Origin: Winogradskyella sp. 3972H.M.0a.05
GTDB lineage: Bacteria; Bacteroidota; Bacteroidia; Flavobacteriales; Flavobacteriaceae
Length of the DNA stretch: 64,000 bases
NCBI RefSeq assembly: GCF_040493455.1
Contig: NZ_JANFDA010000001.1
Location: forward strand, 483,283-547,282
Reading direction: 5' to 3'
Shown here: positions 37,271-48,135 of the stretch, piece by piece
How positions within the stretch are numbered: position 1 is the stretch's first letter
Layout of the letters: each line of letters starts with the position of its first letter
Notes under the pieces: model-generated
Told to the model about the DNA's origin: nothing
What the model saw: the letters and a program-made list of their open reading frames with translations, nothing else
Databases searched by the model: none
Position numbers and translations under genes: made by a program

Positions 37271-37867
37271 TTATTTCAAAAGAACTTTTCTTATCATCGT
37301 CATAAAATTGTCGATAGGATAAGAACTATTCATGTTTTTCATACTTGTCATAGAGCCTTTTCCAGCATCTTCTATAAATGTGGCAAGATCTCTGGCTTCT
37401 ATAGTATTGTCAATTTCTCCATAGTCTTGAGCTTCCTGAATCACTTCAGTAATTAAATCAATAACCATTTGCTCTTTGTTATGGATGGCATTTCTTATTT
37501 TTTCACTATGCTCAGCCATTTCACTACCAAGGTTGCAGGCCATACAACCCATACGACATTCCATATCGTTTTTGAGCATATTGTATCTAAATTCGTGGAA
37601 ATCTAGAAGACGTTGCTTAGGAGAGATACTCTTATTAAGTAACACTTCCTTAGCAGGAGTAAACTGAAGATTAAAGTAACGTTCTATTGCTTTTGCTGTA
37701 AAGTCTTCCTTACTGTCAAAATAAAAATAGAAAGATCCTTTAGGGATTCCTGCAGCCTTTACAATGTCATTTACACTAGTAGCATTGTAACCTTTAGACC
37801 ATAACAAAGGCACGCCTTTGTCCAAAAGGGCATCTGCTTTAATCTCGTGTTTTAAGGTTTTTGACAT
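37271..37867 (-). CDS. TetR/AcrR-family transcriptional regulator
   Basis: N-terminal HTH (NATSVNDIVKAAGIPKGSFYFYFDSKED). I moved the start to MSKTLKHE. Confidence 0.75.
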   Translation of the reverse strand: MSKTLKHEIKADALLDKGVPLLWSKGYNATSVNDIVKAAGIPKGSFYFYFDSKEDFTAKAIERYFNLQFTPAKEVLLNKSISPKQRLLDFHEFRYNMLKNDMECRMGCMACNLGSEMAEHSEKIRNAIHNKEQMVIDLITEVIQEAQDYGEIDNTIEARDLATFIEDAGKGSMTSMKNMNSSYPIDNFMTMIRKVLLK

Positions 37868-37963
37868 TATAAATTTTTTACGAGGCAAAAATATGACCAC
37901 CCGTCTAGTAAATCCAAATTTTAGATGTTAAAATTTTTTTAACGAAGTTCTAAGCTCAGTGTT

Positions 37964-38860
37964 TTAGAGGGTTTGGAAGTGCTTTAGATATTCTGATTCA
38001 ATAATATCTGGAGTAGATTTTGGATTATATATTGCTGAAGAATTAATGCATAGTCCAGCGACTATGGTTGCATACTGCAAACATTTTAAGGTGTCATGAC
38101 CTTTTGAATAAGCGTATAAAAATCCTGAAAAGAACGAATCGCCAGCACCGTTTGCATTCAACATGTTGTAAGCATCAATAATCGGAACGTTTAACCACTC
38201 GCCTTTTTCATTTATTGCAGAAGCACCATACTTTGCATGAGTACACACCACCAGTTTTTTACCGTTTTTGATTTGTTGCTCCATGAACGATTTATAGTCT
38301 TTTAGATTATCGGAACTAAGGAAGATATAATCTGCTGCTTCGATAAAATCTTGATGATAAGGATTACCTAAATCATAATCGTGCAAGTCTGTCCAAATAT
38401 CTTTTAGTAAAGCCTTGCAAATTGGAAGCAAATTTCGACAGTAGTTAGAAATATTAATAACTGCATAATCTGTCTCATTTATTAGCGCTTCGAATTTAGA
38501 ATAGTCAATATTGGGTTTATCGGAACTAGGGTTCATGAAAATAGATATGCGCTCACCTTTATTATTCATGATATTGAGGTGACGCTCCGTGCCTTGAGGA
38601 TCTCTGTCTGTGATTAAGTTTAGGTTTGGGTGTTGTAATTCAGTTTTTACCTGTTTTCCCAAAGTATCGTCACCAATTAAAGCATGAAACGTGGTTTTGA
38701 AGCCCAAATGCGAAAGTGCTAAAGCTTTACCAGCTCCTGTATTACCCAAGGTTTCGTCAAATTCGCAATGATGAATGGTTTGTGGAATCGATTCTGGAAA
38801 TTCATCTAGTGTAATCACCGAATTCCAGGATGCTCCACCACAAGTGAATACTGTTTTCAT
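37964..38860 (-). CDS. PfkB-family sugar kinase
   Basis: GNTGAGKA near the N-terminus and NANGAGDSFFSGF C-terminal motif. Confidence 0.7.
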   Translation of the reverse strand: MKTVFTCGGASWNSVITLDEFPESIPQTIHHCEFDETLGNTGAGKALALSHLGFKTTFHALIGDDTLGKQVKTELQHPNLNLITDRDPQGTERHLNIMNNKGERISIFMNPSSDKPNIDYSKFEALINETDYAVINISNYCRNLLPICKALLKDIWTDLHDYDLGNPYHQDFIEAADYIFLSSDNLKDYKSFMEQQIKNGKKLVVCTHAKYGASAINEKGEWLNVPIIDAYNMLNANGAGDSFFSGFLYAYSKGHDTLKCLQYATIVAGLCINSSAIYNPKSTPDIIESEYLKHFQTL

Positions 38861-39705
38861 AATACTGCATTTAATTGTCTATACGTTCTCGGACTCATGT
38901 GCTTTAATTTATTAAAAGTTCTATTAAAATGACTTAAGCTTTCAAAACCACAACTAAAGGCAATTTCTTGAACCCTCATATTGGTGCTTACTAACAAATG
39001 ACAAACACGTTCGATTCTGGTTTGATTTAAAAATGAAATAAACGAATGACCAGAGTGCTTTTTGAACCATCTACAAAATGATTGAGGCACCATATGAGTG
39101 AATTCTGCTAATTGATTTACACTCAATTTTTGATCGAGATGATCCAGAATATAATTAGTGGTTTTTGATATCTTGGTTTGAGACCCCTCAGTGTAAAATC
39201 GATTTAGATAATCTTCAGAAGCTAACGTTTCTGTGTCATTGTCTTCTATTAAATTTTGAAGAATTTCTATGAGTGCACTAAGACGAGATATTGGCGACAA
39301 TGCTTCGAACGCAATAATCTTCTTAATCAATTCATCCTTGGGTTTAGAAAAATGAATGCCTCGTTTTGCGTTTTCAAAAAGTGTTCTGAAGGTATTGCAC
39401 TCAGGAAAATGTTCAAATAGATTTTTATCAAATTGAAATACATAAGCTTCATGGTTTTTAATACCATTCTCTGTAATGCTAACCCAATGATGAGGTAAGT
39501 TTTCACCAACTAGAATCAGATCAAAATTTGAAAACGAGCTAATGGAATCACCAACGAACCGAGTGCCTTCCCCCTTTGAAATTAAAGTTAATTCGAGCTC
39601 CGGATGATAATGCCAAAAAGGAGTGAACACCGTGTTTTCATGTTTAAAAAAATGAAAGGAACGTTTGGTGTTTTTTATGTCAATATGTTCTAATTCGGGC
39701 TTCAA
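38857..39705 (-). CDS. AraC-family transcriptional regulator (cupin-type sensor plus HTH)
   Basis: C-terminal AraC HTH (SVNQLAEF...FSCGFESLSHFNRTFNK). Confidence 0.8.
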   Translation of the reverse strand: MKPELEHIDIKNTKRSFHFFKHENTVFTPFWHYHPELELTLISKGEGTRFVGDSISSFSNFDLILVGENLPHHWVSITENGIKNHEAYVFQFDKNLFEHFPECNTFRTLFENAKRGIHFSKPKDELIKKIIAFEALSPISRLSALIEILQNLIEDNDTETLASEDYLNRFYTEGSQTKISKTTNYILDHLDQKLSVNQLAEFTHMVPQSFCRWFKKHSGHSFISFLNQTRIERVCHLLVSTNMRVQEIAFSCGFESLSHFNRTFNKLKHMSPRTYRQLNAVL

Positions 39706-39840
39706 AACAACCTATTATTAACAGTTTAGTCAATTAAAAATATTAAATAAAGTTTAGATATGCATAGTTTTGGTTAAATTTCGTAAAAGTACTATCACGT
39801 TCAAGGTATAATTTTGAAATCGAATTAAACCTTTAAAACT

Positions 39841-40647
39841 ATGATAGCTACTGACATTCTTGACACACCATACACACTTTCGGCAGAACAGGTAGAGTTT
39901 TATAAAGCTAATAAATTTATTAAGCTGAAAGACGTCTTAGACCCAAGTACTTTAGCACATTACAATGCTGTTATTAGTAATAAAGTTGATGAACTCAATG
40001 ATGTTGATGTTCCTTTGGAAGAGCGTTCAACCTATGGTAAAGCCTTTCTTCAACTTTTTAATCTTTGGCTACAAGATGAGGTTATTAAAGAGTTGGTTTT
40101 TAGTAAGCGTATTGCAAAAATTGCCGCAGACTTAATGGAAGTTGAAGGTGTTCGTTTGTATCATGACCAAGCTTTATTTAAAGAAGCTGGAGGAGGTATT
40201 ACACCTTGGCATGCAGATCAGCATTACTGGCCATTGGCAACGGATAAAACCATTACGGCTTGGATTCCTTTACAAGAAACACCATTAGAAATGGGGCCAT
40301 TAGAGTTTAGTGCGGGGAGTCATGAAATAATGGAAGGGAGAGAGTTATCGATTAGCGATGATAGTGAAGCTCAGATTGAGAAACGGTTAAAAGTCACTGA
40401 TTTTGAGCACATCATTGAGCCTTTCGATGCAGGCGAGATTAGCTTTCACTCAGGATGGGTATTTCACCGAGCAGGCGCTAACACTACAGATACGATGCGA
40501 AAAGTGATGACTATAATCTACATGGATAAAGATATGATCTTAAAGCAGCCATCCAATGATGGTCAAAAAGACGATTGGGAAAAGTGGTGTAAGGGTGCAA
40601 AAGTAGGTGAAGTTATTAATACGCCTTTAAACCCTGTTTTGTATTAA
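39841..40647 (+). CDS. phytanoyl-CoA dioxygenase (PhyH) family Fe(II)/2-OG oxygenase
   Basis: PWHADQ ... H ... FHRAG-type His-x-Asp...His arrangement. Confidence 0.7.
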   Translation: MIATDILDTPYTLSAEQVEFYKANKFIKLKDVLDPSTLAHYNAVISNKVDELNDVDVPLEERSTYGKAFLQLFNLWLQDEVIKELVFSKRIAKIAADLMEVEGVRLYHDQALFKEAGGGITPWHADQHYWPLATDKTITAWIPLQETPLEMGPLEFSAGSHEIMEGRELSISDDSEAQIEKRLKVTDFEHIIEPFDAGEISFHSGWVFHRAGANTTDTMRKVMTIIYMDKDMILKQPSNDGQKDDWEKWCKGAKVGEVINTPLNPVLY

Positions 40648-41471
40648 TGGATTTAAGGTATTTATATCCTTTTTGGGGAAGCGAGCATCTAAACGCATCT
40701 GACTTTCTGGCTTTAGTAAAGGCTAAAGGTTTTGATGGCATAGAAATTAATGTTCCTAAGGATTCAATTTTTGAAACCAATTTTTATGATGCATTAAACA
40801 AGGCTAGAAGCTTTAATCCTAACTTTACTTGCGTGCTTCAACAGGTGTTTGGAGTTAAAATTGAAACCCCAGAAGCTTACACTTTAAAAGTTATAAGGCG
40901 TCTTGAAGATATGGTTCATTATCGACCTAACTTTATCAATTCCCACACAGGAAAAGACCACTATAGCTTTGATGATAATTGCCGAATCATTGAAGCTATT
41001 GAAAACTTTTCAATACAACATAACATTCCGGTATATCACGAAATTCACCGAGGGCGATTTACGTTTCATTCAACAACAACATTAAAATATCTTGAAAAAT
41101 TTCCAGAGCTAAAACTGGTTGGAGATTTTTCGCATTGGTGTGTGGTTTCAGAATCTTTGTTACAAGATCAACAAGAAGCAATTCAAAAAATAATCCCACA
41201 CGTTTCTCATTTACATGCAAGAGTAGCCACAGAGCAAGCATCACAAGTCAACAGTCCATTTGCCCCAGAATGGGCAGATCACTTAGAGCGGTTTGCGAAC
41301 ATTTGGCAAAATACAATCTCATACCACAGTGATAAAGAACAATTCACCATCACACCAGAGTTTGGACCATTTCCTTATATGCCGCAAATGCCATTTACGC
41401 AAGAGCCTTTAGCGAATCAAGAAGAAGTAAATACCAAAATGAGAGATTACTTAATAGCACGATTAAAATGA
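40647..41471 (+). CDS. sugar phosphate isomerase/epimerase (xylose-isomerase-like TIM barrel)
   Basis: GFDGIEINVP N-terminal motif; about 274 aa; start overlaps the upstream stop. Confidence 0.65.
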   Translation: MDLRYLYPFWGSEHLNASDFLALVKAKGFDGIEINVPKDSIFETNFYDALNKARSFNPNFTCVLQQVFGVKIETPEAYTLKVIRRLEDMVHYRPNFINSHTGKDHYSFDDNCRIIEAIENFSIQHNIPVYHEIHRGRFTFHSTTTLKYLEKFPELKLVGDFSHWCVVSESLLQDQQEAIQKIIPHVSHLHARVATEQASQVNSPFAPEWADHLERFANIWQNTISYHSDKEQFTITPEFGPFPYMPQMPFTQEPLANQEEVNTKMRDYLIARLK

Positions 41472-43546
41472 AAAAGGCAATTATTTCTATAGTAGTTTTT
41501 ATAATCTTCTTTTCATGTAAAGAAGACAAAACCAATTCTCAAGGTGAAGATTTTACTGAAAATGTCAATAAGGTAGCATCAACGATTATTGACGACAGCG
41601 GCCAACTAACATTTTTTGATAACCCAACCAATGCGATAGCAGCAAAGTTTGAACAATTCCCGACAGGAAGCGTAAAGCCCAAAGGATGGATTCTGAATAT
41701 GATGAATGAGGATTTAGAGCAAGGTGTTGTAGGTGCTTTAGATGAGCTTTACCCTGGAATAAAATCCGATGATTTATACAATACGGCTCGACGAGGCGGT
41801 ATGGAAGATATTCCAGAAATGGGCGATTTGGTGCTTACAGGAGCAGCGTGGGAAAAATCGATTATGTGGTGGAACGCGGAAACCATTGGCAATTGGTGGG
41901 ATGGTTTTATACGACATGCCTTTTTGACCAATAATACTGAAGCCATTCGGCAGTCTCACGATATTATTAGTAACCTATTAGCATCGCAAGATGACGATGG
42001 ATACATAGGCATTTATAAACCCAATCTGCGCTATCAGCACGATGGGTCTAATGGAGAACTTTGGGCGCAGACAACCGCCTATAGAACGATGTTGGCATAC
42101 TATGAATTGACCAATGATGAGAAGGTTTTAAATGCAGTTGAAAACGCTATGAAGGTTACTATGAATAAGTATGGTGAAGGCTCAAAGAATCCGTTTTATT
42201 TAAAAAATGCTTTTGGAGGCGTGACACATGGTTTAATGATGACAGATGTTTGTGAAACCTTATATAGAATCACAGGAAACCAATCCTATCAAGATTATGC
42301 AACTTATTTGTACAAAGCCTTTTCGACATACTCAATAAATCGTTCTTTCAACGATTTGCGCTATCCTTATTTAAAGGAAAAAGATTCTTTGTTCGAAGGT
42401 CATGGTGTGCATACTTACGAGCATATAAGAACCATGGTCAATGCATATTACAATACAGGGTATTCAGAATTAGAGAATGCTTATGGTAATATGTTAGCTA
42501 AACTTGAGCCTTGCATATTGCCAAGTGGTGCTGGTCATGGTAATGAATGGATTCTTAAGATGGAAGCTCACCCAACCAATACAAGTAGTGAGTATTGCAC
42601 TTTGTTGGAGTTGCGTAATTCTTACGGAAGTCTTATTCAAAAAACAGGAGATGTAGCTTTTGCAGATGCAGCAGAAAAACTCACGTATAATGCCATGTTG
42701 GGATTCAGAAACAAAGGAGGTACAGCAATAACTTATGGTAAGGCAGATAATTGTTACGTGTTAGATGGGCATCATCACGAAAATGGAGAGGCAAAAGCAG
42801 ATCCACGTTACAAATATTCACCAACACATTCCGAGCCAGCAGTATGCTGTGTGCCAAACTATGGTAGAAACTTCACGTATTTTTTAGAGCAGATGTATAT
42901 GAAATCTGAAGATGGTATCGCTATTACTATGTATGGGCCATCACAGATAAGCGCCAATATAAAAGGATCAAATATTAAGATTGAACAGCAAACTAATTAT
43001 CCTTTATCTGAAGAGGTTAAAATTGAACTGTCTTTAGATAAACCTACACGATTTGCTTTGTATTTACGTAAACCAGAATGGACACAAAACAGTACTTTCA
43101 ATTTGGAAGATGCAGACATAAAACTGATAGATGGTTATTATAAAATTGAAAAAGAATGGCAACTTTCAGAATCTTTTACGATAACATTTCAAAATGAAAC
43201 TCAACAAAACATAACCAATAATGGAGAGTATTATTTGCAACGAGGACCTATAGTGTATGCTTATGAAATTCCACATAGGGAAGACATTATAAAAACATAT
43301 TCAGATAAGAAGTTTGTAGACTATTATTGCTTTCCTGAGCGTGAAGATTATAAAGATTTAGTATTGCCAAAGGATTCCAAGTTTGAATGGACTACCAGTA
43401 AAGAATCTGTGTCATTTTATAATTCTGACACGTACTTGGAAGGACATTTGTATAATACAAAAAATAAAGAAGCTCAACCTGTGAAACTTATCCCTATAGG
43501 AAAGACAGTACTTAGGAAAACCACCTTTTCAAAACATTCTCACTAA
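41468..43546 (+). CDS. lipoprotein glycoside hydrolase, GH127/DUF1680-like (putative beta-L-arabinofuranosidase family)
   Basis: Lipobox (FFSCKED); about 690 aa; E...CC pair (EPAVCCVPNYG) resembling the Cys-Zn catalytic centre of GH127. Confidence 0.45.
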   Translation: MKKAIISIVVFIIFFSCKEDKTNSQGEDFTENVNKVASTIIDDSGQLTFFDNPTNAIAAKFEQFPTGSVKPKGWILNMMNEDLEQGVVGALDELYPGIKSDDLYNTARRGGMEDIPEMGDLVLTGAAWEKSIMWWNAETIGNWWDGFIRHAFLTNNTEAIRQSHDIISNLLASQDDDGYIGIYKPNLRYQHDGSNGELWAQTTAYRTMLAYYELTNDEKVLNAVENAMKVTMNKYGEGSKNPFYLKNAFGGVTHGLMMTDVCETLYRITGNQSYQDYATYLYKAFSTYSINRSFNDLRYPYLKEKDSLFEGHGVHTYEHIRTMVNAYYNTGYSELENAYGNMLAKLEPCILPSGAGHGNEWILKMEAHPTNTSSEYCTLLELRNSYGSLIQKTGDVAFADAAEKLTYNAMLGFRNKGGTAITYGKADNCYVLDGHHHENGEAKADPRYKYSPTHSEPAVCCVPNYGRNFTYFLEQMYMKSEDGIAITMYGPSQISANIKGSNIKIEQQTNYPLSEEVKIELSLDKPTRFALYLRKPEWTQNSTFNLEDADIKLIDGYYKIEKEWQLSESFTITFQNETQQNITNNGEYYLQRGPIVYAYEIPHREDIIKTYSDKKFVDYYCFPEREDYKDLVLPKDSKFEWTTSKESVSFYNSDTYLEGHLYNTKNKEAQPVKLIPIGKTVLRKTTFSKHSH

Positions 43547-43547
43547 C

Positions 43548-45182
43548 ATGAAACGCAAACTATATTTTATCGCATTATCAGCTGTATTGGTTTTTGCTTA
43601 TGGCTGTAAAGAAAATTCTGAAGAAACTGAAAAAGTTGACGAAGCTATTAATTGGAATAATGAGATTATATACCATGTCATGCAACGCAGTTTCTATGAC
43701 AGTAATGGCGACTTGCATGGTGACCTTAATGGCTTTGTCGAAAAGTTGGATTACTTAAAAGAGCTTGGAGTTACTACAATATTGTTTACGCCATTATACG
43801 AATCGGGTTTTTACCATAATTACTTTCCAACCAATTACGAGAACATTGACCAAGAGTATGGCACAAAAGAAGATTACATCAATTTTGTAAAAGCGGTTCA
43901 TGAAAAAGGACTGAAGTTTTTAATGGATATGGAAACGCAGTATGCTCAAAGTGGTAATATTTGGTTTGATGATTCTTATAAAAACCCGCAATCAAAGTAT
44001 TCAGATTTTATCTATTATTCAGATTCTCTAAATGTGTATCCAGAACAAATCTTTATGCCGTCTAGATCGCCTATGTATGATTTTACTGCTTGGCCAGGAG
44101 ATAAGCATAACATTGTGTTTCTAGACCTTAATAATGAAAGGGTAAAACAATGGATGACTGATTTCTATGTGTATTGGGTAGATCCAAACAAAGACGGCAA
44201 TTTCGATGATGGTGTAGATGGGTTTAGAATAGATCACATAATGGATGACTTGGATTATAAAGGGTTGTTTACCAATATGTATCAAGACTTCTGGAAGCCA
44301 ATATTCCAATCTTGTAAAGCAGTAAACCCAAACCTTTTCGTTTTGGGAGAGCAGTCCAACTGGAATGAGTATGGCGAATCCATGGTTACAAAAAGTGGAG
44401 CTGATGCCGCATTTAGTTTTCCGTTACGCTTTGCAATTGCAGGAGAAGAAGGCACACACGACATGTATATAGATCCGGCTTCAAATGGCGTGAAGATGGA
44501 ACCCAGTCGCATTCACAATGTTGTAAAAGAAAGCTTGTCGCGTTTTACGGATAGTACATTTACAGTCAATTTTTTAGAAAATCATGATACCGCACGATGG
44601 GCTTCAGTAGTCAATAACAATGAAGGACAAAAGCGAATCGCCTCAGTTTTAAATGTCTTATTACCAGGAATCCCTTCAATATATTTCGGACAAGAACTAG
44701 GTCTTACCGGACAAACTCACGAATGGGGAAGTGATGCCAACCATATTCCGGTTAGAGAAGCTTTCCCTTGGACCGCAAACCAAACCGATTCTGGGAATGC
44801 ACTTTGGTATAAGGATACTGGAGAATGGTGGGATTTATCGTTTTGGAATACAGATGCGATACACAGGTTCAGTCTAGAAGCTCAAAAAAAAGATAAAAAC
44901 TCCTTGTGGTACCATTATCAAAAACTCATTTCTATTAGAACCAGAAACAAAGCGTTTAGACTCGGAGATTATCAACCTTTGTTTATAGGTATAGAAGGGC
45001 TCATTGGATTCAAAAGGACTTATGAAAATGATAGAGTATTTGTATTCATTAATACTACAAATACAGCTATTGAACTTCCAATTGAAGGAGAAACACTAGG
45101 CAATATGTTGTACCAGAATGGAACTAAGAACCAGTCAGGTACTTTAGTGATTGAACCTAACGGATTTTACATCTCTCAATAA
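43548..45182 (+). CDS. GH13 alpha-amylase-family glycosidase (lipoprotein)
   Basis: GH13 regions: DGFRIDHIMD (region II), LGEQ (region III), FLENHD (region IV). Confidence 0.75.
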   Translation: MKRKLYFIALSAVLVFAYGCKENSEETEKVDEAINWNNEIIYHVMQRSFYDSNGDLHGDLNGFVEKLDYLKELGVTTILFTPLYESGFYHNYFPTNYENIDQEYGTKEDYINFVKAVHEKGLKFLMDMETQYAQSGNIWFDDSYKNPQSKYSDFIYYSDSLNVYPEQIFMPSRSPMYDFTAWPGDKHNIVFLDLNNERVKQWMTDFYVYWVDPNKDGNFDDGVDGFRIDHIMDDLDYKGLFTNMYQDFWKPIFQSCKAVNPNLFVLGEQSNWNEYGESMVTKSGADAAFSFPLRFAIAGEEGTHDMYIDPASNGVKMEPSRIHNVVKESLSRFTDSTFTVNFLENHDTARWASVVNNNEGQKRIASVLNVLLPGIPSIYFGQELGLTGQTHEWGSDANHIPVREAFPWTANQTDSGNALWYKDTGEWWDLSFWNTDAIHRFSLEAQKKDKNSLWYHYQKLISIRTRNKAFRLGDYQPLFIGIEGLIGFKRTYENDRVFVFINTTNTAIELPIEGETLGNMLYQNGTKNQSGTLVIEPNGFYISQ

Positions 45183-45191
45183 GCTCAAAAC

Positions 45192-46745
45192 ATGGAACAA
45201 TTAGACATTATCATATTAGTTGCGTACTTACTCGTTATCGTAGGTATTGGGATATATCTATCACGAAAGGAAAGTACAAACGCTAAGGATTACTTCTTTG
45301 CTAGTAATATTTTACCATGGTGGGCAATTGGAGGCTCTCTGATTGCTTCAAATATTTCGGCCGAACAATTTATTGGGATGTCTGGTTCAGGTTATGTTGT
45401 TGGATTGGCGATTGCTTCCTATGAGTGGTTGGCAGCTTTAGCCTTATTGTTAGTTGCTAAATTTTTTCTTCCGGTTTTTATAAAGAATGAAATTTATACC
45501 ATGCCTCAGTTCTTGGAAAAACGATTTGACAATCGCGTCAAAACTGGTATGGCGATTTTCTGGTTATTCTTATTCGTGTTTGTAAACATTACCTCTATTC
45601 TTTACCTCGGAAGCTTAGCATTAAAAACACTATTGGGCATTCCGCTTTGGCTTGGTATTATTGGTTTAGTGTTGTATTCAGCTACCTTTTCAATTTTTGG
45701 TGGACTCAAAACAGTAGTTTGGACAGATGTAGTACAGGTAGTGGTGTTGATTATTGGAGGGATTATAGCAACCATAATGATTCTCAATGCTATTGATAGT
45801 AATATCATAGAAGCTTTGAATCAGTTATACCACAAAGCACCAGATAAGTTCGATCTCATCTTAGATAAGTCCAATCCAGAATATAAGAATCTTCCAGGAT
45901 TGAGTGTGCTTATAGGAGGAATTTGGGTGGCGAACCTTTATTATTGGGGAACGAACCAATATATTATCCAGAGGTCTTTAGCTGCTAAAAGCTTAAAAGA
46001 AGCTCAACTTGGAACCGCATTTGCTGCATTAATGAAGTTATTGTTGCCATTTATCGTTGTCCTTCCTGGAATTGCAGCGTTTGTGTTGGATGCACCAATT
46101 TCAAAACCAGATGAAGCCTACCCATGGATTATTAATAATTATGTGATTATTGGATTCAAAGGGCTTGCTATAGCTGCATTGATTGCTGCTATTGGGTCCT
46201 CGTTGAGTTCTATGGTGAATAGTACATCGACAATTTTCACATTAGATATTTACGAACCTTTTTTGACTAAGGCAAAAGAGAATGTTTCTCAAAAACGTTT
46301 GGTTAAAGTCGGAAAGATGTCTTCGGCAGTTGCTTTGATTATTGGTGCAATTGTGGCACCATTATTAGGGAATATAGACCAAGCATTTCAATTTATACAA
46401 GAATACACAGGCTTTATTAGCCCAGGAGTCGTAACGATTTTTGTTTTAGGGTTATTCTGGAAAAAGATGTCTTCTAATGCTGCATTGTGGAGTGTGATTT
46501 TATCGTTTCCGTTTTCAATATTCCTGAAGTTTTTATTTCCAGAGTTACCATTCATGAATCGTATCGAAATTGTTTTTGCATTGTGTATGGTGGCTTCAAT
46601 AGGAATATCAATCATTGAAAGCAAATATGAGAAGGCAAACTATTTTTACAACCCAAAAGGACTATTCAATACATCATTAAAATTTAATGCCTTAGCCTTT
46701 ACTACTATTGGAATAATAACCGTAATTTATTCATTGTTTTATTAA
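45192..46745 (+). CDS. sodium:solute symporter (SSF family)
   Basis: 13-14 TM helices; SSF-like GGxxWxNLYYWGTNQYIIQR segment. Confidence 0.85.
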   Translation: MEQLDIIILVAYLLVIVGIGIYLSRKESTNAKDYFFASNILPWWAIGGSLIASNISAEQFIGMSGSGYVVGLAIASYEWLAALALLLVAKFFLPVFIKNEIYTMPQFLEKRFDNRVKTGMAIFWLFLFVFVNITSILYLGSLALKTLLGIPLWLGIIGLVLYSATFSIFGGLKTVVWTDVVQVVVLIIGGIIATIMILNAIDSNIIEALNQLYHKAPDKFDLILDKSNPEYKNLPGLSVLIGGIWVANLYYWGTNQYIIQRSLAAKSLKEAQLGTAFAALMKLLLPFIVVLPGIAAFVLDAPISKPDEAYPWIINNYVIIGFKGLAIAALIAAIGSSLSSMVNSTSTIFTLDIYEPFLTKAKENVSQKRLVKVGKMSSAVALIIGAIVAPLLGNIDQAFQFIQEYTGFISPGVVTIFVLGLFWKKMSSNAALWSVILSFPFSIFLKFLFPELPFMNRIEIVFALCMVASIGISIIESKYEKANYFYNPKGLFNTSLKFNALAFTTIGIITVIYSLFY

Positions 46746-48134
46746 TTGAAACCTTATCACATGAGACAGATAGCACTTTTATTTATTTGTATAGCCGTTT
46801 TGAGCTGTAAAAAGAAAACCAAAAAAGAAGCAGAAACTGTAGTCGCCGAAAACCCTAACATTATCTTGTTGGTAGGTGACGATCAAGGCTATCCTTACTT
46901 TGGTTTTATGGGGGCTGATTATGTCCAAACACCAAACATGGATGCTCTAGCTGCTAGTGGAACGTTGTTTACGGAAGGTTATGTGCCGCAAAATCATTGT
47001 AGACCGTCGTTGCAAACACTAATGACAGGAACATTGCCAATTGATTATGAACAGGAAGTTAATCAAATGGTAATAGATACCCTTAACAGTCAAAGAATTC
47101 CATATCAAGATTCAGATCAATGGGCAATAGGCTTTAAACACCACGCCATGAAATACTTTCAAACGCTTCCGAGGATTTTGGCAAAAGAAGGCTATAAAAG
47201 TTTTCAAGGCGGGAAATGGTGGGAGTTCAATTATCAAAATGGAGGCTTCGATGAAGGGATGACCAAAGGTTGGAAAGAAGAAGACAAAGGCAAAAATGAC
47301 TGGTTCTTACAATTTATGGGAGGTGATGGAAGACAACTCGCTAGGGCGACCATGCAACCAGTGTATGATTTTATAGATAAGTATAATGAGCAACCATTCT
47401 TTATTTGGTTTGCACCAGAATTACCACATTATCCTTTTGATGCTCCAGACAAATATTATAATATCTACAAGGATGAAGATATGACAGAATCTGCTAAACG
47501 TTACTACGCAAACTGTACATGGTTTGATGATGGTGTTGGTGAGTTGGTAAGATACCTTAAAGAGAAAAACGAATTCGACAATACACTTTTTGTGTATGTC
47601 AATGACAATGGCTGGGAACAAGAACCACATCAGGAGTTTAGACACGATTCCTTGCGTTGGCATAATGGAGGCGACAAAGGCAAACTGTCAGTATATGATC
47701 AATCCTTTAGAACACCAATTATATTTTCATGGAAGGACAAAATCAAAGCAGGGGCTAAGTCCAAAGCTTTGATGCATAGTGCTGATATACCTGCTACAAT
47801 TCTGGATTATATCGATGTTGAAGTTCCTGAGAATTATTTTGGAAGATCTTACAAGGAACTTATAGAAGACACCAATAAAGTTGACCGAAATATTATCGTC
47901 GGAAAAGCAACTCAGATGCGTTCAGAAGATGATATGATGGGAATGAAGATTGAAGCCTATTGGGCGAGGACTAATGATTGGTTTTTTCAATGGAACTTAA
48001 CCACTGAAACTATTGGATTATTTGATATGAAAACAGATCCTGGTAATGATAATAATTTAGCTGAAGCGAATCCAGAAAAGGTTAAAGAGTTTCAGAATAA
48101 AATAGAGGCATGGAAATTAGAAAGATCCAAATAA
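46746..48134 (+). CDS. sulfatase-family protein with a non-canonical active-site motif (C-R-P-S-L instead of C-x-P-x-R)
   Basis: LLVGDDQGY metal-ligand N-terminus; HCRPSLQTLMTG at about 46995-47030. Confidence 0.75.
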   Translation: MKPYHMRQIALLFICIAVLSCKKKTKKEAETVVAENPNIILLVGDDQGYPYFGFMGADYVQTPNMDALAASGTLFTEGYVPQNHCRPSLQTLMTGTLPIDYEQEVNQMVIDTLNSQRIPYQDSDQWAIGFKHHAMKYFQTLPRILAKEGYKSFQGGKWWEFNYQNGGFDEGMTKGWKEEDKGKNDWFLQFMGGDGRQLARATMQPVYDFIDKYNEQPFFIWFAPELPHYPFDAPDKYYNIYKDEDMTESAKRYYANCTWFDDGVGELVRYLKEKNEFDNTLFVYVNDNGWEQEPHQEFRHDSLRWHNGGDKGKLSVYDQSFRTPIIFSWKDKIKAGAKSKALMHSADIPATILDYIDVEVPENYFGRSYKELIEDTNKVDRNIIVGKATQMRSEDDMMGMKIEAYWARTNDWFFQWNLTTETIGLFDMKTDPGNDNNLAEANPEKVKEFQNKIEAWKLERSK

Positions 48135-48135
48135 C

